DNA of 64,000 nt from an uncultured bacterium. GTDB taxonomy: Bacteria; Bacteroidota; Rhodothermia; Rhodothermales; UBA10348. Shown here piece after piece: positions 20,832 through 31,200 of this stretch. The notes under the pieces were generated by a model. It did not search any database. It saw nothing but the letters and a program-made list of their open reading frames with translations, and was not told where the DNA came from. The stretch spans positions 14,695-78,694 of the forward strand of contig CALIKL010000040.1 of assembly GCA_938018055.1 (NCBI GenBank), in the 5' to 3' direction. Every line of letters starts with the position of its first letter. Within the stretch, counting starts at the first letter, position 1. Both the position numbers and the translations under genes were made by a program.

Positions 20832-22280
20832 GTGAGTACGGCAAGCACGGACAAGAATCTCGCCCATCTGGCGGACTTCCACGATGAAGCGCCGCTGGTG
20901 AAGGGGAATTTGAAGTTCCACGACATTACCGAGATCGTCTCTTCCCACACCGAGAAGAAGACCCCCTTAGCCTGGTATGGTGCCTTCAGCTTGGCGCTTG
21001 CCGGACTGATGTTGCTCGTGGGCATGATTGCCTATCTGTTCTGGAATGGAACGGGTGTCTGGGGGCTGAATAACCCGGTTGGATGGGGCTACGCCATCGT
21101 CAACTTCGTTTTCTGGGTTGGTATCGGTCACGCTGGAACGCTGATTTCAGCCATCCTTTTCCTGTTCAGACAGCAATGGCGAACGGCTATCAACCGCTCG
21201 GCTGAGGCCATGACCATTTTCGCCGTCATCTGTGCTTTGGTCTTCCCGACCATTCACGTTGGACGGGTTTGGGCTATTTACTGGACGCTCCCGCTGCCGA
21301 ACCAGATGGGCATGTGGCCGCAGTTCAAGAGCCCGCTGCTCTGGGACGTGTTCGCCGTTTCGACCTATTTCACGGTTTCGCTGGTCTTCTGGTACATCGG
21401 CCTGGTGCCTGATCTGGCCACCATGCGTGACCGCGCCAAGGGTAAGATTCGTCGCCTCGTTCTCGGCGTGGCCTCGATGGGCTGGACTGGTGCCAACCGC
21501 CACTGGCGCAACTACGAGAAAGCATACCTGCTTCTCGCTGCGCTCGCCACACCACTGGTCCTCTCGGTTCACTCCGTCGTTTCCTTCGACTTTGCCGTCT
21601 CGATTGTCCCCGGGTGGCATACCACCATCTTCCCGCCCTACTTCGTCGCGGGGGCCATCTTCTCTGGCTTCGCGATGGTAGTGACCTTGTTGGTCATTGC
21701 GCGCAAGATCTACGGCATCGAGAACATCATCACCGTGGAGCACCTCGAGAAGATGAATATCATCATCCTCTTGACCGGTACGATGGTCGGTTTCGCCTAC
21801 ATCACCGAGTTCTTCATCGCATGGTACTCAGGCGTCCAGTACGAGCAGTATGCCTTCGTAAACCGCATGTTTGGTCCTTATGCCTGGGCCTACTGGACGA
21901 TGATGTCGTGCAACCTGTTCTTCCCACAGTTCTTCTGGTTCAAAAAACTGCGGCGCAACATCACGTTCATGTTCGTCATTTCGATCTTTGTGAACATCGG
22001 GATGTGGTTTGAACGCTTCGTGATCACGGTCACGTCGTTGCACCGCGATTATCTACCGAGCTCCTGGGACTACTACACGCCTACGATTGTCGATGTCCTG
22101 ACGTTTGTCGGAACGTTCGGCCTCTTTTTCACGCTCTTCCTGCTGTTCCTCCGCTTCATGCCGATGGTGGCCATTGCAGAGGTGAAAGGAGTCATGCCGG
22201 AGGCAGACCCACACTTTTACGATCACGAAGGGGATGGCCATCATGCTGAGCATGCGGTCGAGCCTTCGACGCAGCAGTAA
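20832..22280 (+). CDS. actC: alternative complex III subunit ActC (NrfD/PsrC-like quinol-interacting membrane subunit)
   Basis: Polytopic membrane protein of NrfD type in the position after ActB. GTG start. Confidence 0.85.
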   Translation: MSTASTDKNLAHLADFHDEAPLVKGNLKFHDITEIVSSHTEKKTPLAWYGAFSLALAGLMLLVGMIAYLFWNGTGVWGLNNPVGWGYAIVNFVFWVGIGHAGTLISAILFLFRQQWRTAINRSAEAMTIFAVICALVFPTIHVGRVWAIYWTLPLPNQMGMWPQFKSPLLWDVFAVSTYFTVSLVFWYIGLVPDLATMRDRAKGKIRRLVLGVASMGWTGANRHWRNYEKAYLLLAALATPLVLSVHSVVSFDFAVSIVPGWHTTIFPPYFVAGAIFSGFAMVVTLLVIARKIYGIENIITVEHLEKMNIIILLTGTMVGFAYITEFFIAWYSGVQYEQYAFVNRMFGPYAWAYWTMMSCNLFFPQFFWFKKLRRNITFMFVISIFVNIGMWFERFVITVTSLHRDYLPSSWDYYTPTIVDVLTFVGTFGLFFTLFLLFLRFMPMVAIAEVKGVMPEADPHFYDHEGDGHHAEHAVEPSTQQ

Positions 22281-22325
22281 CCCGCACCGGGTGAATCAAC
22301 TACACGAGTATCAATACACGCAGCC

Positions 22326-22934
22326 ATGCTGAATTCTCTGGCACGTGACGTCAAGGCGAGCATGAGCATCTATGATGCCGGCGATGACAAGGTCTACGGC
22401 CTGCTCGCTGAGTTCGCCCATCCGGGAGAGCTTCTCCATGCCGCTGAAGCGGTTCATGGGGCGGGATTCCGTCACTTCGATACGCACAGCCCGTTTCCCA
22501 TCCACGGAATGGACAAGGCCATGGGTCTTGGTAATTCCACAGTTGGATGGATCACGCTCGTAGGTGGCATTACGGGTCTCGGACTCGCGACCCTGATGCA
22601 GTGGTGGATGGGAGCCGTTGCGTACCCGATCAACATTTCAGGTAAGCCGTTCTTCGCCGTCGAGCCTTCGATTCCGATCATGTTCGAGCTCACGGTGCTT
22701 TTGGCGTCTCTGGCTACGGCTGCAGGCATGTTTGCCTTGAATGGTCTCCCTCGTCCCTACAATCCGCTGTTCTATTCGAAGAACTTCAGCCGCGTGACGG
22801 ATGATGCGTTCTTCCTGCACATTGCAGCATCGGACGACAAGTTTGATCAAGAAGCCACGGCCAAAATGCTCCAAGAGCTCGGTGCCAGTGCTGTTGAGAC
22901 CATCCACGATCACGGCACGGAGGAAAACGACTGA
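22326..22934 (+). CDS. actD: alternative complex III subunit ActD (DUF3341-type)
   Basis: VYGLLAEFAHPGELLHAAEAVHGAGFRHFDTHSPFPIHGMDKAMG, followed by two TM helices. Confidence 0.85.
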   Translation: MLNSLARDVKASMSIYDAGDDKVYGLLAEFAHPGELLHAAEAVHGAGFRHFDTHSPFPIHGMDKAMGLGNSTVGWITLVGGITGLGLATLMQWWMGAVAYPINISGKPFFAVEPSIPIMFELTVLLASLATAAGMFALNGLPRPYNPLFYSKNFSRVTDDAFFLHIAASDDKFDQEATAKMLQELGASAVETIHDHGTEEND

Positions 22935-22966
22935 GGGGCGTCCAACCCGTCGTCACGATCACGATC

Positions 22967-23572
22967 ATGATGAAACGAACACGACACAGCATTCCGGCTC
23001 TTCTGATCGCAGCCATCCTGTTTGGGACAGGCTGTCAGGGATCACTTTCCGAAAAGCCGCCGGTGCACTTGAATCAGAACATGGACTTTCAGGAGCGATT
23101 CGATCCTCAGGAAGCCAATGCGTTCTTTGCCGATGGACGCGCCATGCGTGAACCCATTCGAGGGACCGTCGCTCGCGGCTTCCTGAAAGATGACACGGTC
23201 TACTGGACGGGTCGCGACGAGAGCGGGGCGTTTTCGGACAACCCGCTGACTGTCGACATGGCCTTGCTCGAGCGTGGACGTGAGCAGTACGAGATTTTCT
23301 GCTCCATGTGCCACGGTCTTGCCGGTGATGGCCAAGGAATCATCATGACGGGAGGATACGGCTATGTCCCGGCTCCTACCTATCACAGTGATCTGCTTCG
23401 TGCTCAACCGGACGGCTACTACTTCGACGCTTTGTCCTGGGGTGTCCGGAGTATGCCTGGGTACGGAACCCAGGTCAAAGTAGACGACCGCTGGGCCATT
23501 GTGGCCTACATTCGGGCCCTTCAGAGAAGCCAGGCAGCTTCTGTCGAAGACGTTCCGGAAAGCGAACGATAG
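22967..23572 (+). CDS. actE: alternative complex III subunit ActE (monoheme cytochrome c lipoprotein)
   Basis: Lipobox LFGTGCQG, a single CSMCH heme motif, and its position in the cluster. Confidence 0.8.
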   Translation: MMKRTRHSIPALLIAAILFGTGCQGSLSEKPPVHLNQNMDFQERFDPQEANAFFADGRAMREPIRGTVARGFLKDDTVYWTGRDESGAFSDNPLTVDMALLERGREQYEIFCSMCHGLAGDGQGIIMTGGYGYVPAPTYHSDLLRAQPDGYYFDALSWGVRSMPGYGTQVKVDDRWAIVAYIRALQRSQAASVEDVPESER

Positions 23573-23637
23573 ACCTTACAACGCACCCTGTTGCCACCAA
23601 GTGACCCGTTTTTCGGGTACGCAAGAAGCGAAAGCGC

Positions 23638-24900
23638 ATGTCAGAGACCGTCAAACGTAGTAACCCGCTGATCTGGCTGATCGACCCGATGATGTCGACG
23701 GCTGGCCATGCCGATCCCGCCTACCGCTTTTCCTGGTCCCGGATTGCATGGCTCTTGCCGTTGGCCATTGGTATCGTTGGCCTCGTCGTAAGCGCCATCG
23801 GATGGGCAACGGATTCCCATCAGTTCTACTTCTCCTACCTCATCGGCTGGTCTTTCTGCCTGTCGATTGCTCTGGGGGCCTTTTTCTTTGTTGTCATCCA
23901 GCATCTGACCAAGGCTCGCTGGAGCGTGGTCATACGCCGCATCCCGGAAGCCCTTATCTGGTCATTCCCGCTGTTGGCTGTGCTCAGCATCCCGGTTATT
24001 CTGGGTATGCATGACCTCTATCATTGGACGCACGAAGATCTGCTCGATCCTGCCAGCCCGACGTACGATCCGCTCATTGCTGGTAAAGCGAGTTACCTCA
24101 ATACACCATTCTTCTTGGCGCGTCTGGCGTTCTATTTCATCGTCTGGACGTTCATTTCGCACAAGCTCTATTCCTTAAGCTTGCGCCAAGATGTAGATCC
24201 GGATGCTTCGATCCCGCAGAAGCTTCGCAAGTACAGCGCCATTGGCCTTGTATTGGGTGCTATCAGCACGGCGTTTGCTGGCATGGATATCCTGATGTCG
24301 CTTGACCCGCATTGGTTCTCCACCATCTTTGGTATCTATTTCTTTGCGGGCTCCTTCATGGTCATCATGGCTGTGATGGCCTTGACGAGCATGATTCTGC
24401 AGCGATTCGGAATGCTTCAAGGCGTGATCAGAGTGGATCACTATCAGGATCTCGGCAAATTCCTTTTTGGCTTCACGGTCTTTTGGGCTTACATCGGGTT
24501 CAGCCAGTACATGCTGATCTGGTATGGCAACTTGCCCGAAGAAACCCTTTTCTACCGCCATCGCCTGGAGCACGGATGGGAGACGTACTCAGCAATCCTG
24601 TTGCTGGGGCACTTCATTCTGCCATTCATGATCCTGATTGGTCGCTGGGCCAAGCGCTTGCTGCCCCTGTTGGCCGTCATGTGCGTATGGATGATCGTGA
24701 TGCATTGGTTCGACTACTTCTGGGTAGCCGCTCCTGTACTGCATGGAGATCATGCTGCCATGAGCTTGTATGACATTGCAGCCTGGCTCGGTTTGTTTGG
24801 TGTCTTTGCTGGTGCCTTCATGTATCGACTCAGCCGGCACCCGCTCGTACCTCAGCGCGATCCGCGTCTTCATAAGTCCCTGTCCTTCACCAATACCTGA
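23638..24900 (+). CDS. actF: alternative complex III subunit ActF (second NrfD-like membrane subunit)
   Basis: Polytopic membrane protein following ActE in the canonical act gene order. Confidence 0.8.
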   Translation: MSETVKRSNPLIWLIDPMMSTAGHADPAYRFSWSRIAWLLPLAIGIVGLVVSAIGWATDSHQFYFSYLIGWSFCLSIALGAFFFVVIQHLTKARWSVVIRRIPEALIWSFPLLAVLSIPVILGMHDLYHWTHEDLLDPASPTYDPLIAGKASYLNTPFFLARLAFYFIVWTFISHKLYSLSLRQDVDPDASIPQKLRKYSAIGLVLGAISTAFAGMDILMSLDPHWFSTIFGIYFFAGSFMVIMAVMALTSMILQRFGMLQGVIRVDHYQDLGKFLFGFTVFWAYIGFSQYMLIWYGNLPEETLFYRHRLEHGWETYSAILLLGHFILPFMILIGRWAKRLLPLLAVMCVWMIVMHWFDYFWVAAPVLHGDHAAMSLYDIAAWLGLFGVFAGAFMYRLSRHPLVPQRDPRLHKSLSFTNT

Positions 24901-24914
24901 TTCGTATCGATCCC

Positions 24915-25217
24915 ATGGGAGTCGTACCACATAATCCCGGTGTTGAGCCGGAGGATATCAATACGGGCACGCTTTTCAGCGTGATAGCTGTCTCGAGCGT
25001 CATCATCATCATCCTGGTGGCGATCGGATTCAATCTGTCCATGAAGAAGTTCAAGGATATCTCCCTGGAGATGACTGAGATGACCGGGTATCCGGATCTT
25101 CACGAGACGCAGATGATGGGCGAGGCGAAGATGAATCGCTACGAAGCCCAGGAAGACGGTACCTACCGTATTCCGATCGAGCGTGCCATGGAGATGGAAG
25201 CTCAAGAGGCCCAATAG
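24915..25217 (+). CDS. small single-TM protein inside the ACIII/oxidase operon, unassigned
   Basis: One hydrophobic helix (LFSVIAVSSVIIIILVAIGFNL) followed by an acidic soluble tail. It lies 14 nt after actF and 60 nt before SCO1, on the same strand. Confidence 0.5.
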   Translation: MGVVPHNPGVEPEDINTGTLFSVIAVSSVIIIILVAIGFNLSMKKFKDISLEMTEMTGYPDLHETQMMGEAKMNRYEAQEDGTYRIPIERAMEMEAQEAQ

Positions 25218-25277
25218 TCCAGACTGATTAAAAAGCACCTGTAAAGCACGCACGTCATCGCACACTTCATTCGATAT

Positions 25278-26114
25278 ATGCTCCTGATCCTGCTGCTGAC
25301 CGGTATCGGTCAGTTGCCGGTTATGGCCCAGGCAGATACGGAGACCAATGATCCAGATCTTCCGGGTGCATTGCGTGGTGTTGGCGTGGATGAACAGCTG
25401 GGTGATTTTCTTCCACGCGACGCCCAGTTCCTGGATTCACAGGGACAGGAAGTGACGATTGGAGACTACCTGGATAATGGCCGCCCGCTACTGGTCAATT
25501 TTATATACCACAATTGCCCGATGCTGTGCAGCATCACGCTTGAAGCGCTCGGTATGACCCTTTCCGACATGCAATGGACGCCGGGTCAAGAGTTTGATGT
25601 TGTGTCAGTGAGTTTCGGGGCAGGGGAGACGCCCGAGATGGCGGCTCGCGCCAAAGAGCGGATGCTTGCGAAACTCGATCGCGAAGGAGCTGCCGAAGGA
25701 TGGCATTTCCTTGTAGGCGATTCCACCAATATTGCGCTGCTAACGCAGTCGGTAGGCTATTCCTTCAAGTGGGTTGCCTCAACCCAGGAATATGCTCACC
25801 CTGCCGCTTTGATATTCACCGGAGATGACGGAAAGGTCACTCGGTATTTGCACGGCCTGGACTTGCCCGCGGACGATGTTCGCAAGGCGTTGGTCGAGGC
25901 CTCCGAAGGAACGGTTGGATCAGCTGTGGATCAGATTCTGATGTACTGCTACCAGTATGATCCCGACTCAAATTCCTACGTCATTCATGCAACAAATCTG
26001 ATGAAGTTCGGTGGGATGTTAACCCTGATCGTACTTGGAATCGGTCTCTTCGTCTTTTGGCGAAGGGAGTCCGATGGCCAATCGGTCGGGATCCCCCGCC
26101 CAGCATCAGGTTGA
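25278..26114 (+). CDS. SCO1/SenC family copper chaperone
   Basis: Signal peptide, a thioredoxin-like region with the YHNCPMLCS (CxxxC) copper motif, and a C-terminal TM helix. It sits directly upstream of the CuA subunit gene. Confidence 0.8.
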   Translation: MLLILLLTGIGQLPVMAQADTETNDPDLPGALRGVGVDEQLGDFLPRDAQFLDSQGQEVTIGDYLDNGRPLLVNFIYHNCPMLCSITLEALGMTLSDMQWTPGQEFDVVSVSFGAGETPEMAARAKERMLAKLDREGAAEGWHFLVGDSTNIALLTQSVGYSFKWVASTQEYAHPAALIFTGDDGKVTRYLHGLDLPADDVRKALVEASEGTVGSAVDQILMYCYQYDPDSNSYVIHATNLMKFGGMLTLIVLGIGLFVFWRRESDGQSVGIPRPASG

Positions 26115-26141
26115 TATTCCAAGTAAGAGGAAGATTCCCCA

Positions 26142-27068
26142 ATGGGCGAAAACGGATCTGTCTGGTTGCCAGACCCCGGTACGACCCTCGCCGGAGAGGT
26201 CGACTCCCTGTTTTGGTTCGTGTTTTGGGCAAGTACCATCATGTTTGCGATGGTTGTCCTGGCCAAGGTGTACTTCATGGTGAAGTACAAGCGTGCCAAC
26301 GAATCGGATGTGCCGGAGCCGGTAGAGGAAAGCAAAGTACTCGAAGCAGTATGGATAGTTGTGCCGACCATCCTGGTGCTGATTGTGTTCACGTGGGGGT
26401 TTGACGTGTTCGTCAAGCTCTATTCTGCACCGCCTGACTCGTATGAGATCAATGTGCGGGCTCAGCAGTGGTCGTGGGAGTTCTCCTACAATGAGGGTGC
26501 GACATCCTATACCGAGCTCTACGTGCCTGTTGGTCGTCCGGTCAAGCTGAACATGACGTCTGCTGACGTGCTCCACTCCTTCTTTGTACCCGCGTTTCGC
26601 GTCAAGCATGACATCATTCCGAATCGGTACACCTCGGTCTGGTTTCAGGCAGAAGAAGCGGGAGAGTACACCATCCACTGTACGGAGTATTGTGGTACCC
26701 AGCACTCCGGGATGAACGCCACCGTAGTGGCCGTCTCCGAAGAGGATTTTGCCGCATGGATCGCTGAGCAAAGCCAGGACCTGCCACCTGCCATTCTTGG
26801 TCAGCAGGTTTTCGCACAATGCCAGGCATGCCACTCCGTTGACGGTTCGCCCGGCATCGGTCCGACCATGCAAGGACTTTATGGAATGGAGCGTCCGCTG
26901 GCTGACGGTTCGACCGTCGTTGCAGACGAAGACTACCTCCTGGAGTCCATAATCAACCCGATGGCGAAAATCGCCGAGGGGTATCAACCCGTAATGCCCG
27001 CCGGATTCTCTGCGCTCTCGCAGAAGCAGTTGGATGGTCTCATAGCGTATATCAAGACGCTCGAGTAA
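26142..27068 (+). CDS. ctaC: cytochrome c oxidase subunit II with fused C-terminal cytochrome c (caa3 type)
   Basis: Two N-terminal TM helices, the CuA site HCTEYCGTQHSGM, and a C-terminal CQACH heme c motif. Confidence 0.9.
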   Translation: MGENGSVWLPDPGTTLAGEVDSLFWFVFWASTIMFAMVVLAKVYFMVKYKRANESDVPEPVEESKVLEAVWIVVPTILVLIVFTWGFDVFVKLYSAPPDSYEINVRAQQWSWEFSYNEGATSYTELYVPVGRPVKLNMTSADVLHSFFVPAFRVKHDIIPNRYTSVWFQAEEAGEYTIHCTEYCGTQHSGMNATVVAVSEEDFAAWIAEQSQDLPPAILGQQVFAQCQACHSVDGSPGIGPTMQGLYGMERPLADGSTVVADEDYLLESIINPMAKIAEGYQPVMPAGFSALSQKQLDGLIAYIKTLE

Positions 27069-27113
27069 TCCCTTTCACGGACGTATTCAAGGAATCGACA
27101 AGCGCACAACCCC

Positions 27114-28814
27114 ATGAGTCATTCTGCACCTGGGCTTAATTATCTGAACCACTCGAAGGGCTTCAAGTCGTGGGCCCTCACGCTGGATCACAAACGCATC
27201 GGCATCATGTATATGGTGGCGGTATCACTGGCATTCCTGGCCGGCGGTATCCTTGCCATCCTGGTCCGCCTGGAGCTACTCGGCCCCGGTGAGACGATCA
27301 TGGGGCCAGACGCCTACAACCAATCATTCACGCTTCATGCCGTGCTGATGGTGTTTGCGTTCATCATTCCGGCTATTCCTGCCGTCATGGGAAACTTCGT
27401 GCTTCCCATTCAGCTGGGAGCCAAGGATGTGGCGTTTCCAAGGCTGAACCTGGCCTCCCTGTACATCTATTTGATCGGAGCTGTCATCGCGATGATGGCA
27501 CTGGTTAATGGTCGAATTGACGGAGGCTGGACGTTTTACGCACCCTACTCGACGAGTATCGGGAACGGAATCCTCTTCGTAACAGCAGGCGTGTTCGTGA
27601 TGGGTTTCTCGTCCATATTGACGGGGCTGAACTTCATTGTGACTGTCCACAAGATGCGTGCCCCGGGTCTGACTTGGAATCGTTTACCGCTGTTCATTTG
27701 GTCCATTTATGCGACGTCCATCGTTCAGGTACTGGCTACGCCGGTAATCGGTATCACGGTTCTGTTGCTATTCCTCGAGAAAGCATTCTCGATTGGCATT
27801 TTTGACCCGGCTTTGGGAGGCGATCCGGTGCTTTTCCAGCACTTCTTCTGGTTCTACTCCCACCCGGCCGTTTACATCATGATTCTGCCGGCCTTCGGGG
27901 TCATTTCCGACTTGATGGGAACGTTCTCACGTCATCAGGTATCCGGATACAAATTCGTTGCGCTGTCCTCTGTTGCCATTGCTTTCCTCGGCTTCCTGGT
28001 ATGGGGACACCACATGTTCGTCTCCGGACAGTCGGCGGTCAGCTCGGTCGTCTTTTCCCTGATCACCTATTTGATCGGTATTCCAACCGGCGTGAAGGTG
28101 ATAAACTGGGTGCAGACCATGTACAAGGGCTCGGTTCAACTCAAGAGTCCGATGCTCTACGCGATCATGTTCCTCTTCACCTTCTCGATAGGTGGCTTCA
28201 CGGGGATCATTCTGGGCGTTCTGGCTATCGATGTCCACCTGCATGACACGTACTTCGTGGTAGCTCACTTCCACTATGTGATGATGGGAGGTAACGTGAT
28301 TGCCGCACTGGGTGGCCTTCACTACTGGTGGCCGAAGATGTTTGGTAAGATGTACAACGAGACGTTGGCCAAAATTGCCGCGTTCCTCGTCTTCTTCGGA
28401 TTCAATCTGACTTTCTTTCCCCAGTTCATCATGGGAGCGCAGGGCATGCCGCGTCGCTACTATGATTACCTGCCACAGTACGAGTTCTATCACGCACTTT
28501 CGACCTACGGATCGTGGGTGCTCGCAGCTGGTCTTTTCTTGATCATGTTTTACATGATCGCCTCGCTGATCAACGGCAAGAAGGCAGGCCTGAATCCTTG
28601 GGGTGCTTTGACACTGGAGTGGACGCATACAACCACGCCGCCAGATCACCACAACTTCCACGACACGCCGGTTGTCACGCGCGGTGCGTATGACTTCCAC
28701 CTTGCCAAGCATCTCTTTGAGCATGGCGGGGAAGTGACTGAATTGGATCTCGGTGGGGATGGCTCTGCAGCCACTCCTGAAGAGGCTCCTGTACCCAACG
28801 AACCTGTAGCCTGA
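27114..28814 (+). CDS. ctaD: cytochrome c oxidase subunit I (A2-type)
   Basis: [37 protein letters not shown], and a 12+ TM profile. Confidence 0.95.
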   Translation: MSHSAPGLNYLNHSKGFKSWALTLDHKRIGIMYMVAVSLAFLAGGILAILVRLELLGPGETIMGPDAYNQSFTLHAVLMVFAFIIPAIPAVMGNFVLPIQLGAKDVAFPRLNLASLYIYLIGAVIAMMALVNGRIDGGWTFYAPYSTSIGNGILFVTAGVFVMGFSSILTGLNFIVTVHKMRAPGLTWNRLPLFIWSIYATSIVQVLATPVIGITVLLLFLEKAFSIGIFDPALGGDPVLFQHFFWFYSHPAVYIMILPAFGVISDLMGTFSRHQVSGYKFVALSSVAIAFLGFLVWGHHMFVSGQSAVSSVVFSLITYLIGIPTGVKVINWVQTMYKGSVQLKSPMLYAIMFLFTFSIGGFTGIILGVLAIDVHLHDTYFVVAHFHYVMMGGNVIAALGGLHYWWPKMFGKMYNETLAKIAAFLVFFGFNLTFFPQFIMGAQGMPRRYYDYLPQYEFYHALSTYGSWVLAAGLFLIMFYMIASLINGKKAGLNPWGALTLEWTHTTTPPDHHNFHDTPVVTRGAYDFHLAKHLFEHGGEVTELDLGGDGSAATPEEAPVPNEPVA

Positions 28815-28848
28815 ACGGGCCCCACAGCTCTGAACTGAATACAGCATC

Positions 28849-29523
28849 ATGGCGAACCCGCATACAAATCAGCCAGCCCACGTCAAGCACTACTTCGTGT
28901 CCTCGGAGCAGCAGTTTGACGCCGCAAAAATGGGCATGTGGCTGTTCTTGGTGACCGAAATCTTGCTCTTCTCGGGCATGTTCGTTGCCTATACCATCTA
29001 TCGCTCTTGGCATCCCGAGACGTGGATGGCCCTTTCCACGGCATTGGACTGGAAGCTCGGCGGCTTGAACACACTTGTTCTGCTGGCCTCTTCGTTTACG
29101 GTCGCCATGGGAATCAATCAGATTCAGCGGGGCAATCAAAAAGGTCTACTGCTGAACCTGATCCTGACATTTGTTTTCGCGGGTGTCTTCCTCGTGGTCA
29201 AATACTTCGAGTACTCGGCGAAGATCGAACACGGTCTCCTTCCGGGAGCTGCTTTTGATCCTCACGGTATCTCGCATGGGTTTGACTATGCCACGTACAA
29301 TGTGCCTTACGGCCCACAGTTCTTTTCGATCTACTTTGTCATGACGGGTATCCACGGATTCCACGTTTTGGTCGGAATGGGACTGTTTGCATGGATTACA
29401 TGGAAGGCAAAGAATGGTGCTTTTTCAGCCGAATACTACACGCCTGTTGAGAATTGTGGTCTGTACTGGCACTTGGTGGACATCATCTGGATTTTCCTTT
29501 TCCCGCTGCTCTACCTGATTTAA
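28849..29523 (+). CDS. ctaE: cytochrome c oxidase subunit III
   Basis: MGMWLFLVTEILLFSGMF, YFVMTGIHGFHVLVG, LYWHLVDIIWIFLFPLLY. Confidence 0.9.
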   Translation: MANPHTNQPAHVKHYFVSSEQQFDAAKMGMWLFLVTEILLFSGMFVAYTIYRSWHPETWMALSTALDWKLGGLNTLVLLASSFTVAMGINQIQRGNQKGLLLNLILTFVFAGVFLVVKYFEYSAKIEHGLLPGAAFDPHGISHGFDYATYNVPYGPQFFSIYFVMTGIHGFHVLVGMGLFAWITWKAKNGAFSAEYYTPVENCGLYWHLVDIIWIFLFPLLYLI

Positions 29524-29590
29524 CGCATTACTAAAACGTTCTCACTGGACGTTTACCGCTACCCGCTCGATCCCTATTCCGAACGACACA

Positions 29591-29986
29591 ATGTCACAAG
29601 ATCACGGACACCACATCATCCCGGTTAAAATGCTGTATGCAGTAATCGGGGTACTTGTTTTCTTGACCGTCCTTACGGTCGCCCTGGCTCAGGTAGAGTT
29701 GGGTGTATTCGAGGTACCTGTCGCGTTGGCCATTGCCTTGACCAAGGCAGGCTTCGTCGTCATGATCTTCATGGCGTTGAAGTGGGATAATAGAGTCAAT
29801 GCCTCCATTCTGGCCGTCGGCGCCCTTTGCGTGCTCATCTTTATTTCGTTCATCCTGATCGATACGGAATTCCGTGGTGATCTCAGTAACACGACGGAAG
29901 GAACGATCATGGATCAGCAGCGCGTGGAGCAGGCCATGGAAGGACGGGAGCCAGAACGCTCAGATATTTCGTTCAACCGCCAGTAA
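29591..29986 (+). CDS. cytochrome c oxidase subunit IV family protein (prokaryotic COX4)
   Basis: Three-TM small protein with KAGFVVMIFMALKWD (the FMHLK-like motif). It is the last gene of the oxidase block. Confidence 0.75.
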   Translation: MSQDHGHHIIPVKMLYAVIGVLVFLTVLTVALAQVELGVFEVPVALAIALTKAGFVVMIFMALKWDNRVNASILAVGALCVLIFISFILIDTEFRGDLSNTTEGTIMDQQRVEQAMEGREPERSDISFNRQ

Positions 29987-30046
29987 TCCGTACGGGTCAT
30001 GGTCCGGTTTTTCCGGTTCACAACGGAAGCTGGACGGACTGATTCT

Positions 30047-30081
30047 ATGCGGGGCGATCTTCGATCGCCCCGCATTTTTTT
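30047..30081 (+). terminator. rho-independent terminator closing the act-sco-cta operon
   Basis: ATGCGGGGCGATC-TTC-GATCGCCCCGCAT forms a perfect 13-bp stem, running directly into a 7-T tract. It lies 60 nt after the subunit IV stop. Confidence 0.8.
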
Positions 30082-30129
30082 GTCCTACTACCCACGTAAC
30101 AAGATCCACGTCTTGGACGTTCTCTGGGT

Positions 30130-30432
30130 ATGCAAAGCGTGATTTTCATAACCGGTATCGTGTCTCTTGGTGCTCTGCTGACCTGGATGTTCTGGGCGGC
30201 CAGCCGCATCCTTAAAGAAGACAACAATCAACAACGGGGTGGCGGGGCGCCGTGGGTGCACCCGGTCACCATTATCCGGGGAGCTCCTGCTTTGCGATTT
30301 CGGGATATTCGCGCACGCGAAGCTGAACGAATGGCGGCAGTCCCGGGGGATGGGGATTATCTGTACGAAGAGGGATATTCCGTCGGGTGCCCGGAGGAGT
30401 GGTCAGAAGATCTGATCCGCAGACGAAACTGA
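30130..30432 (+). CDS. hypothetical small membrane protein
   Basis: One N-terminal TM helix (VIFITGIVSLGALLTWMFWAA). No recognisable motif. Confidence 0.35.
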   Translation: MQSVIFITGIVSLGALLTWMFWAASRILKEDNNQQRGGGAPWVHPVTIIRGAPALRFRDIRAREAERMAAVPGDGDYLYEEGYSVGCPEEWSEDLIRRRN

Positions 30433-30475
30433 GATCCGGGGCGCCAAAATACCGGGGCGCTGAGGCGTCCGGGCG

Positions 30476-31087
30476 TTAAAGCGTTCGGAGCACGTCTACT
30501 TTTCCATTCAGGAAAGCAGCCAAGGATTTATGGCCCGAAGCCAGTGTTTTCTTCAGGTTCGTGTCTTCGACACCCATGTGTCCCGTCACGATCTTGACCA
30601 TCTGACACAACTTCCCGTGAGTGGCCGCGACGTATGCTACTGCGTACCCGGACATATCACTGATGTCTGCAATTCGCTGCCAGTAGGAGAGCTCCGTGGC
30701 TCCCTGGACCGTGTGGTCCTGCGTGACCAGCGTAACCTGCTTTAATTCCTCGAGCGGTACACTGAGGGGCATACGAGGGTAGGTAGGCGCCGACAGCTCG
30801 ATGCGATCTCCTTCAAACACCTGGGCAACACTGACCAGATCTCCGATATCCAGCGTCTCTCCGAGCGCCGTGCACGTGCCCGCATGGACCAGGGACGTGA
30901 CATCGTAAGAGCGGAGTAGCCGCTCTGTTCGCAGTGCGGCCTTTATTTTTCCGATACCCAGGATGGATACCAGAAAATGATCGTCATGAAACGACTCGCC
31001 TTCTCCGAGACCGTCAAAACGACCTCTTTCATAGGTTGAGAGAAATGGCTGAGCCTCTTCTACGGTCGAAAAAACAATTCCGGTCAT
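30476..31087 (-). CDS. nucleoside phosphorylase-family protein (MTA/SAH nucleosidase or futalosine hydrolase-like)
   Basis: PNP_UDP_1-like blocks ILGIGKIKAA, HAGTCTAL, DMSGYAVAYVA. The likely start is Met at 31087 (MTGIVFSTVEEA) rather than 31147. Confidence 0.5.
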   Translation of the reverse strand: MTGIVFSTVEEAQPFLSTYERGRFDGLGEGESFHDDHFLVSILGIGKIKAALRTERLLRSYDVTSLVHAGTCTALGETLDIGDLVSVAQVFEGDRIELSAPTYPRMPLSVPLEELKQVTLVTQDHTVQGATELSYWQRIADISDMSGYAVAYVAATHGKLCQMVKIVTGHMGVEDTNLKKTLASGHKSLAAFLNGKVDVLRTL

Positions 31088-31200
31088 TGAACAGTAGGTT
31101 GGGATCGGGGTATCACGCCCTTCAAAAAAACGCGAACAGCGTGCCAACCTGTCCCGTGTGAACCGGTTGGTCGCCGTAAGAAACGAACAAGTACGTCAGG

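Noticed and set aside
27927-28850. 307-aa minus-strand ORF. Similar long antisense ORFs occur at 17629..18405, 26106..26987, 41068..41964, 44400..45152 and 34708..35535.
   Set aside because: All lie opposite genes with unambiguous motifs (ctaD, actB, ctaC, sprA, pfk). Their compositions are Arg/His/Gly-rich and motif-free, so they are shadow ORFs.
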